Part shown: piece after piece, positions 19,722-28,925 of the stretch
Position numbering within the stretch: the first letter of the stretch is position 1
How the letters are laid out: each line of letters opens with the position of its first letter
Source: an uncultured Bdellovibrionales bacterium
GTDB taxonomy: Bacteria > Patescibacteriota > Minisyncoccia > Moranbacterales > GWC2-37-73
NCBI GenBank assembly: GCA_964500125.1
Contig: CAZCMV010000003.1
Span: forward strand, 11,523-75,522
Reading direction: 5' to 3'
DNA: 64,000 nt
Notes under the pieces: generated by a model
Databases searched by the model: none
What the model was told of the DNA's origin: nothing
What the model saw: only the letters and a program-made list of their open reading frames with translations
Program-made: the position numbers and the translations under genes

Positions 19722-20378
19722 ATGAAAAGAAATATACTTAGGGTAGACAAAAAAGAAAAAATGCGAAAGGAATGTGCAAAAATTATTGTGCGTGAACTTA
19801 GAAAACTTTTTCCTGATGCAAAAATAGCTCTCAACTTTTCCAATAGCTGGGAGCTTTTGGTTGCAGTTATTTTGAGCGCGCAGTGCACGGACAAAAAAGT
19901 AAATGAAGTGACGGAGAAACTTTTCAAAAAATACAAAACATTAAATGATTACGTGCGTGCAAATATAAAGGAATTTGAAAAAGATATTTATCAAACCGGA
20001 TTTTATCGGGCCAAAGCAAAGAATATTTTAGCCTCAGCGAAGATTATAAAAAATCGCCATAAGGGCAAAATTCCGTGTTCTATGGAGGAAATGATCGAAT
20101 TGCCAGGAGTTGCCCGCAAGACGGCGAATATAGTGCTCCAGGCGGTTTGTGGGGTAGTCGTAGGCATTCCAGTGGACACGCATGTGAAAAGGTTATCAAA
20201 ACTTCTTGGTCTTACGGATAACACTGATCCAGTGAAAATCGAAAAAGATTTAATGGAACTTTTGCCCGAAAAAGAATGGGGAACAATATCGTACCGCCTT
20301 ATTGAATACGGCCGGCAATATTGCCCAGCAAAGAAACATGACCATGATAAATGTCCCTTAACTATAGCTTTGAAATAA
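19722..20378 (+). CDS. nth: Endonuclease III (DNA glycosylase/AP lyase).
   Basis: HhH-GPD 'LVAVILSAQCTD', 'ELPGVARKTANIVL'; C-terminal 4Fe-4S Cys cluster. RBS GGAGGT. Confidence 0.85.
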   Translation: MKRNILRVDKKEKMRKECAKIIVRELRKLFPDAKIALNFSNSWELLVAVILSAQCTDKKVNEVTEKLFKKYKTLNDYVRANIKEFEKDIYQTGFYRAKAKNILASAKIIKNRHKGKIPCSMEEMIELPGVARKTANIVLQAVCGVVVGIPVDTHVKRLSKLLGLTDNTDPVKIEKDLMELLPEKEWGTISYRLIEYGRQYCPAKKHDHDKCPLTIALK

Positions 20379-20432
20379 AAAAAGAGGCAGAAGGATTTTT
20401 CCTTCTGCCTTTAAATTTAACCAAAACCTTTT

Positions 20433-21728
20433 TCACTCCTCAATTTTTTTGAGAAGCTGCATAACATGGGCATTGAACCGATCCGTAAAGATTCGATCTT
20501 TGGCTTTACAGCCAATATTCACGCATGTCGGTTCGGCATAATTTCTAGTCCTTTTCCACGCCCACACTATGCCACGCGAAACCAAATCTTCAGGAGAAAC
20601 GTTGTCTCTCCATTCGCTGTGGTCGGCGCCGGGGCAACGGAAAGGCACGCCAGTTTCTCTCATCAGAATACCATTGCATAACTGGAAGCAATGAAATGTG
20701 CCGGCGTACGGCGAAGGGCCGTATTTTTCCACATATTCGCGTGCAATTATGCCACGCTTCACTGAGTGATTGATAACGGTGGCGTAATATTCCGCAAACT
20801 TCCTAAGGAACATTTTGCCAAGACTTCTGTAAATCTTTCCGCCACAACCGCTCTGCATTGAGGTCGTGGATGTTACCAGCAACCCGAAGTCTGTGAAATA
20901 TTTGAAGATTTCAGGGGACTCCTCAATTGTTTCCTCGACGATCGGGGTGTTGATGATTACGAGCCGTGCTTCTCTTCCTTTTCCAAACTCATCAACTGCG
21001 AAGTAGCGGTACAGTAACTGCAAAGCCCTAGTCTGTACGGTTTTGTAATTGCCAACGTAGTCTTCTTTCCCCGCGTATCCACCGCGCACCATTTTATTGG
21101 TGAGCTCTTCGTCAAAGGTGCGGAAGTTGAACAGAATGCGAAGTTTTTTGTAAGAGGCGAGCTTCTTAATAAATTCTTCGGATGTGTGAATTCCGATGTT
21201 CCCGAACAGCGTTTCAACTTCTTTGTCAGATCCAAACATCGGATCTTTTGCAAAGATGTTAATGATAACATCCAGTGTTGCAAGGCGATCGAGGTGTTTA
21301 AATACGTTTACATCGCGGAAGAATTCCGTGGGGCCGAGATATGTTACTGATTCGGTCCCGAGATCCCGTACTGCTTCTTCAATGAGATCAATCATTGCTT
21401 CTGGATGAATCAGGTCGCGACCCTGAAACAGGTCGTCCTTCTTTGCGTAACAACCAGGGCAATTCAACTTGCAATTGCCGTAGACTTTCTTTACGAGAAC
21501 TTCTTTTTTCTCTTCAGGCGTTGAAGCATTGTTGTATGCTTCAACAACTTCGCTCGGCAACCAACAGAACTGGAAGCTAAGCAGCTTTTTTAGTCCAGAT
21601 ACGCTTTTTGCTGTCATCATTTCGAGTGTTGGGGAGATGCCCTCAAGACTAGGGTTTATTTTTACTGTCAGTTTTCCATCAACTCCAACTACTTTTTCGA
21701 AGTCATTCAGTGGGTATACTTTAGCCAT
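20433..21728 (-). CDS. Radical SAM domain protein of unknown function, about 431 aa.
   Basis: CxxxCxxC ('CKLNCPGCY') about 95 aa from the N-terminus. Extra C-terminal Cys residues. Start set at MAKVYP with RBS AGGAGA. Confidence 0.6.
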   Translation of the reverse strand: MAKVYPLNDFEKVVGVDGKLTVKINPSLEGISPTLEMMTAKSVSGLKKLLSFQFCWLPSEVVEAYNNASTPEEKKEVLVKKVYGNCKLNCPGCYAKKDDLFQGRDLIHPEAMIDLIEEAVRDLGTESVTYLGPTEFFRDVNVFKHLDRLATLDVIINIFAKDPMFGSDKEVETLFGNIGIHTSEEFIKKLASYKKLRILFNFRTFDEELTNKMVRGGYAGKEDYVGNYKTVQTRALQLLYRYFAVDEFGKGREARLVIINTPIVEETIEESPEIFKYFTDFGLLVTSTTSMQSGCGGKIYRSLGKMFLRKFAEYYATVINHSVKRGIIAREYVEKYGPSPYAGTFHCFQLCNGILMRETGVPFRCPGADHSEWRDNVSPEDLVSRGIVWAWKRTRNYAEPTCVNIGCKAKDRIFTDRFNAHVMQLLKKIEE

Positions 21729-21956
21729 GGTATTTCTCCTTTTTGTTTGATTATGCTTCCGGCCGGAGAGCACAACCATTAAGGAGAACTATTGGTTTGT
21801 AAATGAACAATCCTTTTTCCATCTCAACACCACAGTATACAACAAATTGTCAAATAATGTGGAATAGTTGGTGTTAAATTGTTGTTAAATTGACAATTTA
21901 TAGCTTATTTGATATACTTAATATGTCGATATATTTTCCACAACTGATATAAAAAA

Positions 21957-22721
21957 ATGATCAAAAATCTTCTCTCTGAACTAAACTTTTCCGAAAAAGA
22001 ATCGCAGGTATATCTGGCGCTGCTTGAGGTTGGCAGTGCAAAAGCTCAGGAAATAGCCAAAAAAACAGACTTGAATCGCACGACCATATATGACATTTTC
22101 GAAGTCTTAATGCATAAGGGCTTGGTTAGTAAATATAAAAAAGGCGCGACAAACTATTTCAACGCCTTGGAGCCAAGACACCTTTTGACCTATCTAGAGC
22201 GAGAAAAGGAAGAACAGGCTAAAAAAGTCGAAAAACAAAAACAAAAAGTCAGCGAACTTCTGCCGCAGTTGATTTCTATGCAGAATATCTTCGGAGCAAG
22301 CAAACCGAAAGTACAGTTTTTCGAAGGTGAAAAAGGGATGCGCGAGGCGTATGAAGACACACTTTCCAGTAAAGAGATTATTTTGGCCTACGCCAATGCC
22401 GAAACGATGCACAAGGCATTGCCGAATTTTTTTCCGGAATATTATAAGCGCCGGGCTGAAAAAAGAATTTTTATCCGGGCCATCATACCAAGAAACAAGG
22501 TGTCGATCGAGCGTGTTTCTCATAATCAAGAAGAAATGCGCGATACGCGCTTTCTACCGAATGAGGAAATAACTTTTTCTCCGGAAGTGAACATATACAA
22601 CAATAAAATTTTGGTTGCCTCGTGGAAAGAAAAGATGGCAATTTTGATCGAGTCGAAAGAATTGGCTGATTTGCAAAAACTGACGTTTAATTTGCTTTGG
22701 GACACCTTGCCAAGGAATTAA
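21957..22721 (+). CDS. TrmB-family (archaeal-type sugar-regulator-like) HTH transcriptional regulator.
   Basis: N-terminal 'FSEKESQVYLALLEVGSAKAQEIAKKTDLNRTTIYDIFEVLMHKGLV' winged-helix typical of TrmB. Confidence 0.6.
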   Translation: MIKNLLSELNFSEKESQVYLALLEVGSAKAQEIAKKTDLNRTTIYDIFEVLMHKGLVSKYKKGATNYFNALEPRHLLTYLEREKEEQAKKVEKQKQKVSELLPQLISMQNIFGASKPKVQFFEGEKGMREAYEDTLSSKEIILAYANAETMHKALPNFFPEYYKRRAEKRIFIRAIIPRNKVSIERVSHNQEEMRDTRFLPNEEITFSPEVNIYNNKILVASWKEKMAILIESKELADLQKLTFNLLWDTLPRN

Positions 22722-22728
22722 GCCCCAC

Positions 22729-22751
22729 CCCTCTCCCAATGGGAGAGGGGG
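22729..22751 (+). terminator. GC-rich hairpin (CCCCTCTCCC-AAT-GGGAGAGGGG) after the trmB-like gene; weak T-tract.
   Basis: Perfect 10-bp stem. Downstream sequence is only moderately U-rich. Confidence 0.35.
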
Positions 22752-22771
22752 TAACAATAAAGTATATTTAT

Positions 22772-23257
22772 ATGAAAAAAATACTGACACTGTGTTGCGT
22801 ATACAATGACACGCACATCCTGCTGGGGGAAAAGAAATACGGCAAATTGGCAGGCTTGTGGAACGGGTTTGGTGGGAAAGTTGAGGACGGCGAGACGATC
22901 GTCGAGGCGACCGCGCGCGAACTCACTGAAGAATGCGGCATCACGCCGCTGGATATGAAAAAGCGCGGCGTCATTCTTTTCGAGTTTGATCCGGACGGTA
23001 ATCCATTTGACGGTAAGCCGCTAGTGGAAGTACACATCTATTCCGTGACGAAATTCGAAGGCGAGCCGGTCGAGACAAATGAAATGCTTCCGCAGTGGTT
23101 TACCCACGGCAAAATCCCCTACTATTCCATGTGGCCGGATGACAAATTTTGGCTACCCTTGCTCTTGGACGGTAAGAATTTTGAAGGAACCTTTCATTTT
23201 GCCGACAAAGATAATATTTCTTCATATGAACTGAAAGAAGTTGCTTTTATTAAATAA
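22772..23257 (+). CDS. NUDIX hydrolase (MutT/MTH1-like).
   Basis: Nudix box 'GGKVEDGETIVEATARELTEECGI'. Start set at MKKIL. Confidence 0.75.
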   Translation: MKKILTLCCVYNDTHILLGEKKYGKLAGLWNGFGGKVEDGETIVEATARELTEECGITPLDMKKRGVILFEFDPDGNPFDGKPLVEVHIYSVTKFEGEPVETNEMLPQWFTHGKIPYYSMWPDDKFWLPLLLDGKNFEGTFHFADKDNISSYELKEVAFIK

Positions 23258-23282
23258 AAGGGGCTATAATAAAGCGTAATTT

Positions 23283-23354
23283 GCTCTCATAGGCCAACGG
23301 ATAGACCGTGGGTTTCCGGTACCCAAAATCCAAGTTCGATTCTTGGTGAGAGCA
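23283..23354 (+). tRNA. tRNA-Arg (anticodon CCG).
   Basis: Acceptor GCTCTCA/TGAGAGC. Anticodon stem TGGGT/ACCCA with loop TTCCGGT. T-arm CCAAG-TTCGATT-CTTGG. Confidence 0.75.
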
Positions 23355-23355
23355 C

Positions 23356-24276
23356 ATGATTAAATATTATCACCAATCAAAAGAAAAAAGAGAGCTCAAG
23401 CAGCAAGATGAATTCATTGCTGATTCTTGGATTTGCGTTGAATCTCCCAAAGACGAAGAAATAGCTTCATTGGTTGAAAAATTTTCCTTGGAGGAAGGAC
23501 ATCTGCGGGATGCCTTGGACCCATATGAGGTTCCCCGTTTGGAAGTTGAGGATGGGACAGTATATATGTTTACGCGTGTTCCGGTTCAAAAAGACAGGCA
23601 GACCATAACTGTTCCCTTGTTGATAGTGCTGGGAAAGGATTTCATACTTTCGGTTTCCTGTGAAAAATTGGATTTATATGAAAGTATCATCCGTCGTAAA
23701 AGAGATATATCGTCACATTATCGCGTCAATTTCTTTTTGCATCTAATTCTTGCTGCCACGGATTCATATGGAAAACATCTGAAGAATATAGCTCGCACTG
23801 TAAGGATGGCTCTTCCTAGAATTGACCGTATCAAAAACAAGGATATTGTAAAATTTGTTGAATACGAACAAGTGCTGAATGATTTTCTTTCCGCGCTTGT
23901 GCCAACGGCCGCGTCTTTGCGCACTTTGCTCAAAGGCAGAACCATTATGCTTGAAGAACATGATGAAGATCTTACGGAAGACTTGTTTTTGGAAACGGAG
24001 CAGTTGATCGAAACCAGCAGATCGACGCAGAAGAACATCGTCAATATTCGCAATGCCTATTCAACCATCATGACCCAAGAATTGAATCGCGTGATGAAAG
24101 TGCTCACTGCTCTGACAATTATTTTCACGGTTCCAACAATGATTTCCAGTTTTTATGGCATGAATGTTCAGTTGCCCTTGGGAAATCAGCCGTGGGCATA
24201 TGCGGTTATTCTCGCGATTACTTTTGTTTTTGTTTTAGCACTTATCGGGCTTTTTATTCGTAATAAATGGTTGTAG
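23356..24276 (+). CDS. corA: Magnesium/cobalt transporter CorA.
   Basis: C-terminal 'YGMNVQLPL' GMN motif followed by two TM helices. ATG lies 1 nt after the tRNA-Arg 3' end. Confidence 0.8.
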   Translation: MIKYYHQSKEKRELKQQDEFIADSWICVESPKDEEIASLVEKFSLEEGHLRDALDPYEVPRLEVEDGTVYMFTRVPVQKDRQTITVPLLIVLGKDFILSVSCEKLDLYESIIRRKRDISSHYRVNFFLHLILAATDSYGKHLKNIARTVRMALPRIDRIKNKDIVKFVEYEQVLNDFLSALVPTAASLRTLLKGRTIMLEEHDEDLTEDLFLETEQLIETSRSTQKNIVNIRNAYSTIMTQELNRVMKVLTALTIIFTVPTMISSFYGMNVQLPLGNQPWAYAVILAITFVFVLALIGLFIRNKWL

Positions 24277-24285
24277 AAAAAAAGT

Positions 24286-25410
24286 ATGCTTTCATATATT
24301 GAAATATCAAAAGATAATTTGTTGCATAATTTCAAAGTTATCAAAAACTTTGTGCATCCCGAAACGAAGATTGCGGCTGTGATTAAGGCCAATGCCTATG
24401 GGCATGGGCAAAATGAAATCGCCAAGCTATTGGAAAATGTTGTCGACTATTTTCAAGTTGATGATTTGGAAGAATTGCGATTGCTTCGTCAAGTTACGCA
24501 AAAACCTGCCTTGGTATTGGGCTATGTTGCCAAAGATGAACTGGAAGAAGTAATTGATCTTGAGGGTACGCTTTCTATATACGATGAAGAAAGACTAAAT
24601 ATGGTTGATGATATTGCTAAGAAAAAAAATAAGCGAGTGGGTGTGCATGTGAAAATAGATGCTTATCTTGGACGCCAAGGCGTGTTGGTTGATCAAGTGG
24701 ATGCTTTTATAAATCTAATTAAGCAATGCAAAAATATTGAGGTTAAGGGACTTTATTGTCATTTCGCTAACATAGAAGATACTTCCGATTTTTCACATGC
24801 GCAAAAACAAATCGACGGTTTTTCCGAAGCTATTGGCAAGTTTCGTGCTGCTGGGTTTTCAGATTTTGAAACCCATGCGAGCGCGACATCAGGAGTGTTG
24901 GTATATGAACAGAAAAATTTGTCCAACACTTTGATACGTCCTGGAATCGGGGCATATGGCATGTGGCCGTCGGAAGAGTTGAGAGGGAGATTTGAGAAAG
25001 AAAATTTCACGTTGAAACCGGTAATGCGCTGGATTAGTCATGTGGCGCAAGTTAAAACAGTTCCGGCGGGATATTCGATTGGTTATGGTTTAACATATAT
25101 AACTTCAAAGCCTACAAAAATAGCAGTTATTCCACAGGGATATAGCGATGGATTTGATCGCGGACTTTCCAATGTCGGGGAAGTCTTAATAAGAAAGACT
25201 CGCTGCAGGGTGCTCGGTAGGGTTGCAATGAACATGTTTGTAGTGGATGTTTCTCATTTGGAAGATGTAAAACAAGAGGATGAAATTGTGCTTTTAGGTA
25301 GACAGGGAGAGGAGGAAATAACTGCAGAGGAAATTGCCGCTCACTTAGGGACAATAAATTATGAAATCACAACCCGTTTCAACCCGTTGCTCAGAAGGAT
25401 TATAGTATAA
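24286..25410 (+). CDS. alr: Alanine racemase.
   Basis: PLP-site 'AVIKANAYGHG', about 370 aa. Confidence 0.85.
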   Translation: MLSYIEISKDNLLHNFKVIKNFVHPETKIAAVIKANAYGHGQNEIAKLLENVVDYFQVDDLEELRLLRQVTQKPALVLGYVAKDELEEVIDLEGTLSIYDEERLNMVDDIAKKKNKRVGVHVKIDAYLGRQGVLVDQVDAFINLIKQCKNIEVKGLYCHFANIEDTSDFSHAQKQIDGFSEAIGKFRAAGFSDFETHASATSGVLVYEQKNLSNTLIRPGIGAYGMWPSEELRGRFEKENFTLKPVMRWISHVAQVKTVPAGYSIGYGLTYITSKPTKIAVIPQGYSDGFDRGLSNVGEVLIRKTRCRVLGRVAMNMFVVDVSHLEDVKQEDEIVLLGRQGEEEITAEEIAAHLGTINYEITTRFNPLLRRIIV

Positions 25411-25425
25411 GAATGCTTTACGTTT

Positions 25426-26139
25426 TTGCTGAATTGCTGTATAGTTTATGGATGCAGAAAGTCCCCCAAGAGGGGCACTGCATTTAAAAAAATTAGTGAT
25501 GGCGTGCGTATTGAAATGTGCGTCATTCCACAAATGATGAAAGAAAAAAAGATGCTGCATCCAAGTGATGCACTTTCACATATGAAGGATGAGGAGCTGG
25601 TTGCCGAATCATTGAAAAACCCTCAGATCTATGGATTGTTGATGGAAAGGTATGAAGATAAATTGATGCGCTATATCATGCGCATTTCGGCAAGCTCAAG
25701 AGAAGACGCGGAGGATATTCTTCAAGACGTTTTTTTGAGTGCATATCGCAACCTCAATGAATTTGATCAGGATTTGAAATTTTCATCTTGGATATATCGC
25801 ATTACCCATAACAAAGTGATCAGTCATTATCGAAAGGTTAGCGTGCGTCCCAAAACAACGACATATGAAGGTGATAATGAACTGCTAAACATTTTGGCAA
25901 GCGACCATGATGTGGAAGCTGATCTGCAGAAAAAATATGATGCCAAAGCTATTCATGATATTTTGGAAAAAATGGATGAGCGTTATCGCGAAGTGTTAGT
26001 ACTCAAATTTATCGAAGACAAAGATTACAAAGAAATTTCCGATATTTTGCAAAAGCCGATGGGAACTGTTGCTACGCTAATTAATAGGGCCAAGAAACAG
26101 TTTCGTGAACGATTATCATCTGGCAGTGTCATTAAATAA
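25426..26139 (+). CDS. ECF-type RNA polymerase sigma factor (sigma-70 regions 2 and 4). True start probably 30-50 codons downstream of the ORF start.
   Basis: Region 2 'DILQDVFLSAYRNLNEFD...SWIYRITHNKVISHYRK'. Region 4 'YREVLVLKFIEDKDYKEISDILQKPMGTVATLINRAKKQFRE'. Confidence 0.75.
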   Translation: MLNCCIVYGCRKSPKRGTAFKKISDGVRIEMCVIPQMMKEKKMLHPSDALSHMKDEELVAESLKNPQIYGLLMERYEDKLMRYIMRISASSREDAEDILQDVFLSAYRNLNEFDQDLKFSSWIYRITHNKVISHYRKVSVRPKTTTYEGDNELLNILASDHDVEADLQKKYDAKAIHDILEKMDERYREVLVLKFIEDKDYKEISDILQKPMGTVATLINRAKKQFRERLSSGSVIK

Positions 26140-26152
26140 TCCAAAAATCAGT

Positions 26153-26866
26153 ATGACCAAATTGAGCGAAAAAGTGCTCAGCACGATAGAACAAGATCAT
26201 CTTACTCCGCAACCACGTTGGAAATTCCAGGCAAAAAATTACGGCATATGGATGGCCTTTGGTCTTTCTGTGTTTTTGGGAAGTGTGGCTTTTGCGGTCA
26301 TGATGGAAAGGATAGTTAAGGGTGATTGGGATGTGTATGCGTATTTGGACAGGGGTTTCATCGGTTTTGTGTTGTTGCTTTTGCCATATGCTTGGATTGT
26401 TTCATTGGTAGCCTTTGGTATGCTTGCATACTACAATTGTCGTCACACCAAATGCGGCTATCGATATGCGCCATGTGTGGTTGTTCTGCTAAGTATCGGA
26501 ACCAGTCTCGTTGTGGGAGAAATTTTATTTATTTCAGGGACTGGAAGAAAAGTTGACCGCATCCTCGTGCGTTCAATCCCGTTTTACCAGCAGATGAAAA
26601 TGCAAGAAAGAAGGGATATTTGGATGCATCCCGAAAGAGGTTTATTAATGGGTGAAGTGATGGAAATAGGCGAAGGTGGAACTATACTTATTAGAGATGT
26701 GAAGGGAAACGTGTGGCGTATCAATAAGAGAATAGACCATGTTTCCGTACCACATCCTTCGGAGCAGCGTTCCATTCTTAAGATAATCGGTGAAAATGTT
26801 CAAGGGAGAGAATTCAATGCTTACGATATCAGGCTTTGTGATTGTGAGGAAGAATTTGATAGATAA
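26153..26866 (+). CDS. Membrane protein co-transcribed with the ECF sigma factor; possible anti-sigma factor.
   Basis: Starts 14 nt after the sigma stop. 3-4 predicted TM helices, then a roughly 110-aa soluble C-terminal domain. No recognisable anti-sigma domain motif. Confidence 0.4.
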   Translation: MTKLSEKVLSTIEQDHLTPQPRWKFQAKNYGIWMAFGLSVFLGSVAFAVMMERIVKGDWDVYAYLDRGFIGFVLLLLPYAWIVSLVAFGMLAYYNCRHTKCGYRYAPCVVVLLSIGTSLVVGEILFISGTGRKVDRILVRSIPFYQQMKMQERRDIWMHPERGLLMGEVMEIGEGGTILIRDVKGNVWRINKRIDHVSVPHPSEQRSILKIIGENVQGREFNAYDIRLCDCEEEFDR

Positions 26867-26890
26867 TGTTTTTGAACTGAAGTTGATATA

Positions 26891-26922
26891 AAAATCCTAG
26901 ACATTCAATGTCTAGGATTTTT
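26891..26922. terminator. Palindromic hairpin terminator module AATCCTAGACATT-c-AATGTCTAGGATT with A/T flanks. A second copy lies at about 52639-52670.
   Basis: 13-bp perfect arms, A4 upstream and T4 downstream. Confidence 0.55.
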
Positions 26923-26964
26923 AGTAGTAGATATCTTCCTCGGTTGTTTTATGTGCGATGCGCC

Positions 26965-27045
26965 TTTTTTATTGCTTTTTATTGATTTTTATTGTATTGT
27001 ACTTTATGAGCTTTGGACTTTATAACTTTATGAACATTTAATTTT
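26965..27045 (+). repeat. Heptamer-period tract (ttattgc/tttttat/tgatttt/tattgta units) upstream of ychF.
   Basis: ttttttattgctttttattgatttttattgtattgtactttatgagctttggactttataactttatg. Confidence 0.5.
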
Positions 27046-28107
27046 ATGTCATTGCAAATAGGAATCGTGGGGCTGCCCAATGTGGGAAAATCTACTTTGT
27101 TTAAGGCGTTGACGCGCAACCCGGTGGATATTAATAATTATCCGTTCTGTACGATTGAGCCGAATGTGGGAATCGTGAAGGTTCCGGACGAACGTCTGGC
27201 AAAATTATCGGAAATGTCACAGACGGAAAAAATCGTGCCGGCTGTGGTGGAGTTTGTCGACATTGCAGGGATTGTGAAAGGCGCATCGGTTGGTGAAGGA
27301 TTGGGCAATAAATTTTTGGCCAACATCCGCGAAGTGGATGCGATTGCGCAGGTGGTGCGTGTTTTTGACAATGACAACATTACGCATGTGCACAACAAGA
27401 TTGATCCGCTGGGTGACATTGAGGTGATCAATACGGAACTTATTTTGGCTGACATGGAAACGGTTGCTAAGACAGAAGCTCGAGTTGAGAAAGAGAAAAA
27501 AGGAAACAAGAAGGGCGCGGACAAACAATTGGAAGCGGTGCAAAAAATCAAAAAAACTTTGGAAGACGGCAAGCTTGCTAATCAAACCGAAGGACTGGAA
27601 GAATTATTGAAAGAAGAAAATAGCAAAATTATCATTCGTGAGATGTCACTGCTGACAATGAAACCGTTCCTCTTTGTTTTCAATGTGGCGGATCCGGCGC
27701 AAAAATTAAGCGACGATTTGGAAAAACTGCCGCACATCAAATTGGACATCAAGATTGAAGAAGAGCTGATCGATATGACCGAAGAGGAGGCGGCGGAAAT
27801 GGGACTCAGATCTGAAATCGGCAAACTGGTAGTGGCAGCATATGATCTTTTGGGCCTGCAAACATTTCTCACAACTGGCAAACAAGAAACGCGCGCCTGG
27901 ACAATCAAAAAAGGTGCAACTGCTCCCGAAGCCGGTGCGGCGATCCACACGGACTTTCAAGAAAAATTCATCCGCGCGGATGTAATTGCTTGGGATAAAC
28001 TTTTGGAAATCGGTTCCTGGGGCAAAGCCAAAGAACTCGGCGCAGTCAAAACCGTTGGTAAGGATTATATGATGAATGATGGAGAAGTGGTGGAGTTTAA
28101 AGTGTAA
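27046..28107 (+). CDS. ychF: Ribosome-binding ATPase YchF/Ola1 (Obg-family GTPase).
   Basis: '[19 protein letters not shown]' G1, '[10 protein letters not shown]' G3, C-terminal TGS domain. Confidence 0.85.
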   Translation: MSLQIGIVGLPNVGKSTLFKALTRNPVDINNYPFCTIEPNVGIVKVPDERLAKLSEMSQTEKIVPAVVEFVDIAGIVKGASVGEGLGNKFLANIREVDAIAQVVRVFDNDNITHVHNKIDPLGDIEVINTELILADMETVAKTEARVEKEKKGNKKGADKQLEAVQKIKKTLEDGKLANQTEGLEELLKEENSKIIIREMSLLTMKPFLFVFNVADPAQKLSDDLEKLPHIKLDIKIEEELIDMTEEEAAEMGLRSEIGKLVVAAYDLLGLQTFLTTGKQETRAWTIKKGATAPEAGAAIHTDFQEKFIRADVIAWDKLLEIGSWGKAKELGAVKTVGKDYMMNDGEVVEFKV

Positions 28108-28366
28108 GAAATAGGCCTTAGGCTGTTAGTCATTAGCTAGTTAGGGAATATATACACAGATAATTTGCTTTTGAACATCAATCGCCTGGTTTTTAAGAAA
28201 TAATAAATCACAAAGATGAAAGATTGGTCTGTTTGGATTATTTAAGCTATTAGCCAAAATTTCTGCTAATTTTAGGGTAATTTGTAAATATTTTCAATAT
28301 GAGTTATAATGAACTAAAGATTGATGCATTATGTAATAACAAGTAAATAATCATTTTTTAAAAACT

Positions 28367-28726
28367 ATGGAAGAGACAAACCAGGAGCAGAAAGCTGCCC
28401 CAACCGTGGATAAAGCAGATGCGGAAAAGAACAAAGCAATGGCAATCGTGGGTTACATTATCCCGATCTTGTTCTTCGTTCCATTGGTAACTGATGCAAA
28501 AAACAGTGTGTTTGCAAGATTTCATGCCAACCAGCAACTAAATCTTTTGTTGGCTTGTATTGCGGTTAATGTTGTTGGAACATTAATTCCTTTCCTGGGC
28601 TGGTTTATCATCCTTCCTATTGGTACGATTATCCTGATTGTTTTGGCAATTATGGGAATCATTAACGGTGCTAAGGGAGAAATGAAAAAACTTCCGATTA
28701 TTGGTGGTTTTGAGTTGATCAAATAG
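28367..28726 (+). CDS. Small membrane protein, DUF4870-like.
   Basis: 119 aa, two TM helices; 'AIVGYIIPILFFVPLV...FHANQ' resembles DUF4870 family proteins. Confidence 0.45.
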   Translation: MEETNQEQKAAPTVDKADAEKNKAMAIVGYIIPILFFVPLVTDAKNSVFARFHANQQLNLLLACIAVNVVGTLIPFLGWFIILPIGTIILIVLAIMGIINGAKGEMKKLPIIGGFELIK

Positions 28727-28743
28727 ATTACAGGCTTTTGTAG

Positions 28744-28772
28744 CGGGTGACCTTTGCGGTCACCCGTTTTTT
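28744..28772 (+). terminator. Intrinsic terminator after the DUF4870-like gene.
   Basis: Stem CGGGTGACC/GGTCACCCG, loop TTTGC, T6. Confidence 0.6.
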
Positions 28773-28789
28773 ATTTTATTATGTATACA

Positions 28790-28925
28790 TAAGAAAAAAT
28801 TTCGAATTTCTAATTTTGAATTTCGAATCAGTTTTGAATTGTCAATGTTTGAATGTTTCAAAATTCAACCAGTAGGATTTTATTCAAAATTTGAAATTCA
28901 TAATTTAAAATTCTATAAACTATTT
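28790..28925 (+). repeat. Heptamer-period tract (ttcgaat/tttgaat/ttcaaaa units) filling the pyk upstream region.
   Basis: ttcgaat ttctaat tttgaat ttcgaat ... tgaatgt ttcaaaa ttcaacc ... caaaatt tgaaatt cataatt taaaatt. Confidence 0.55.
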
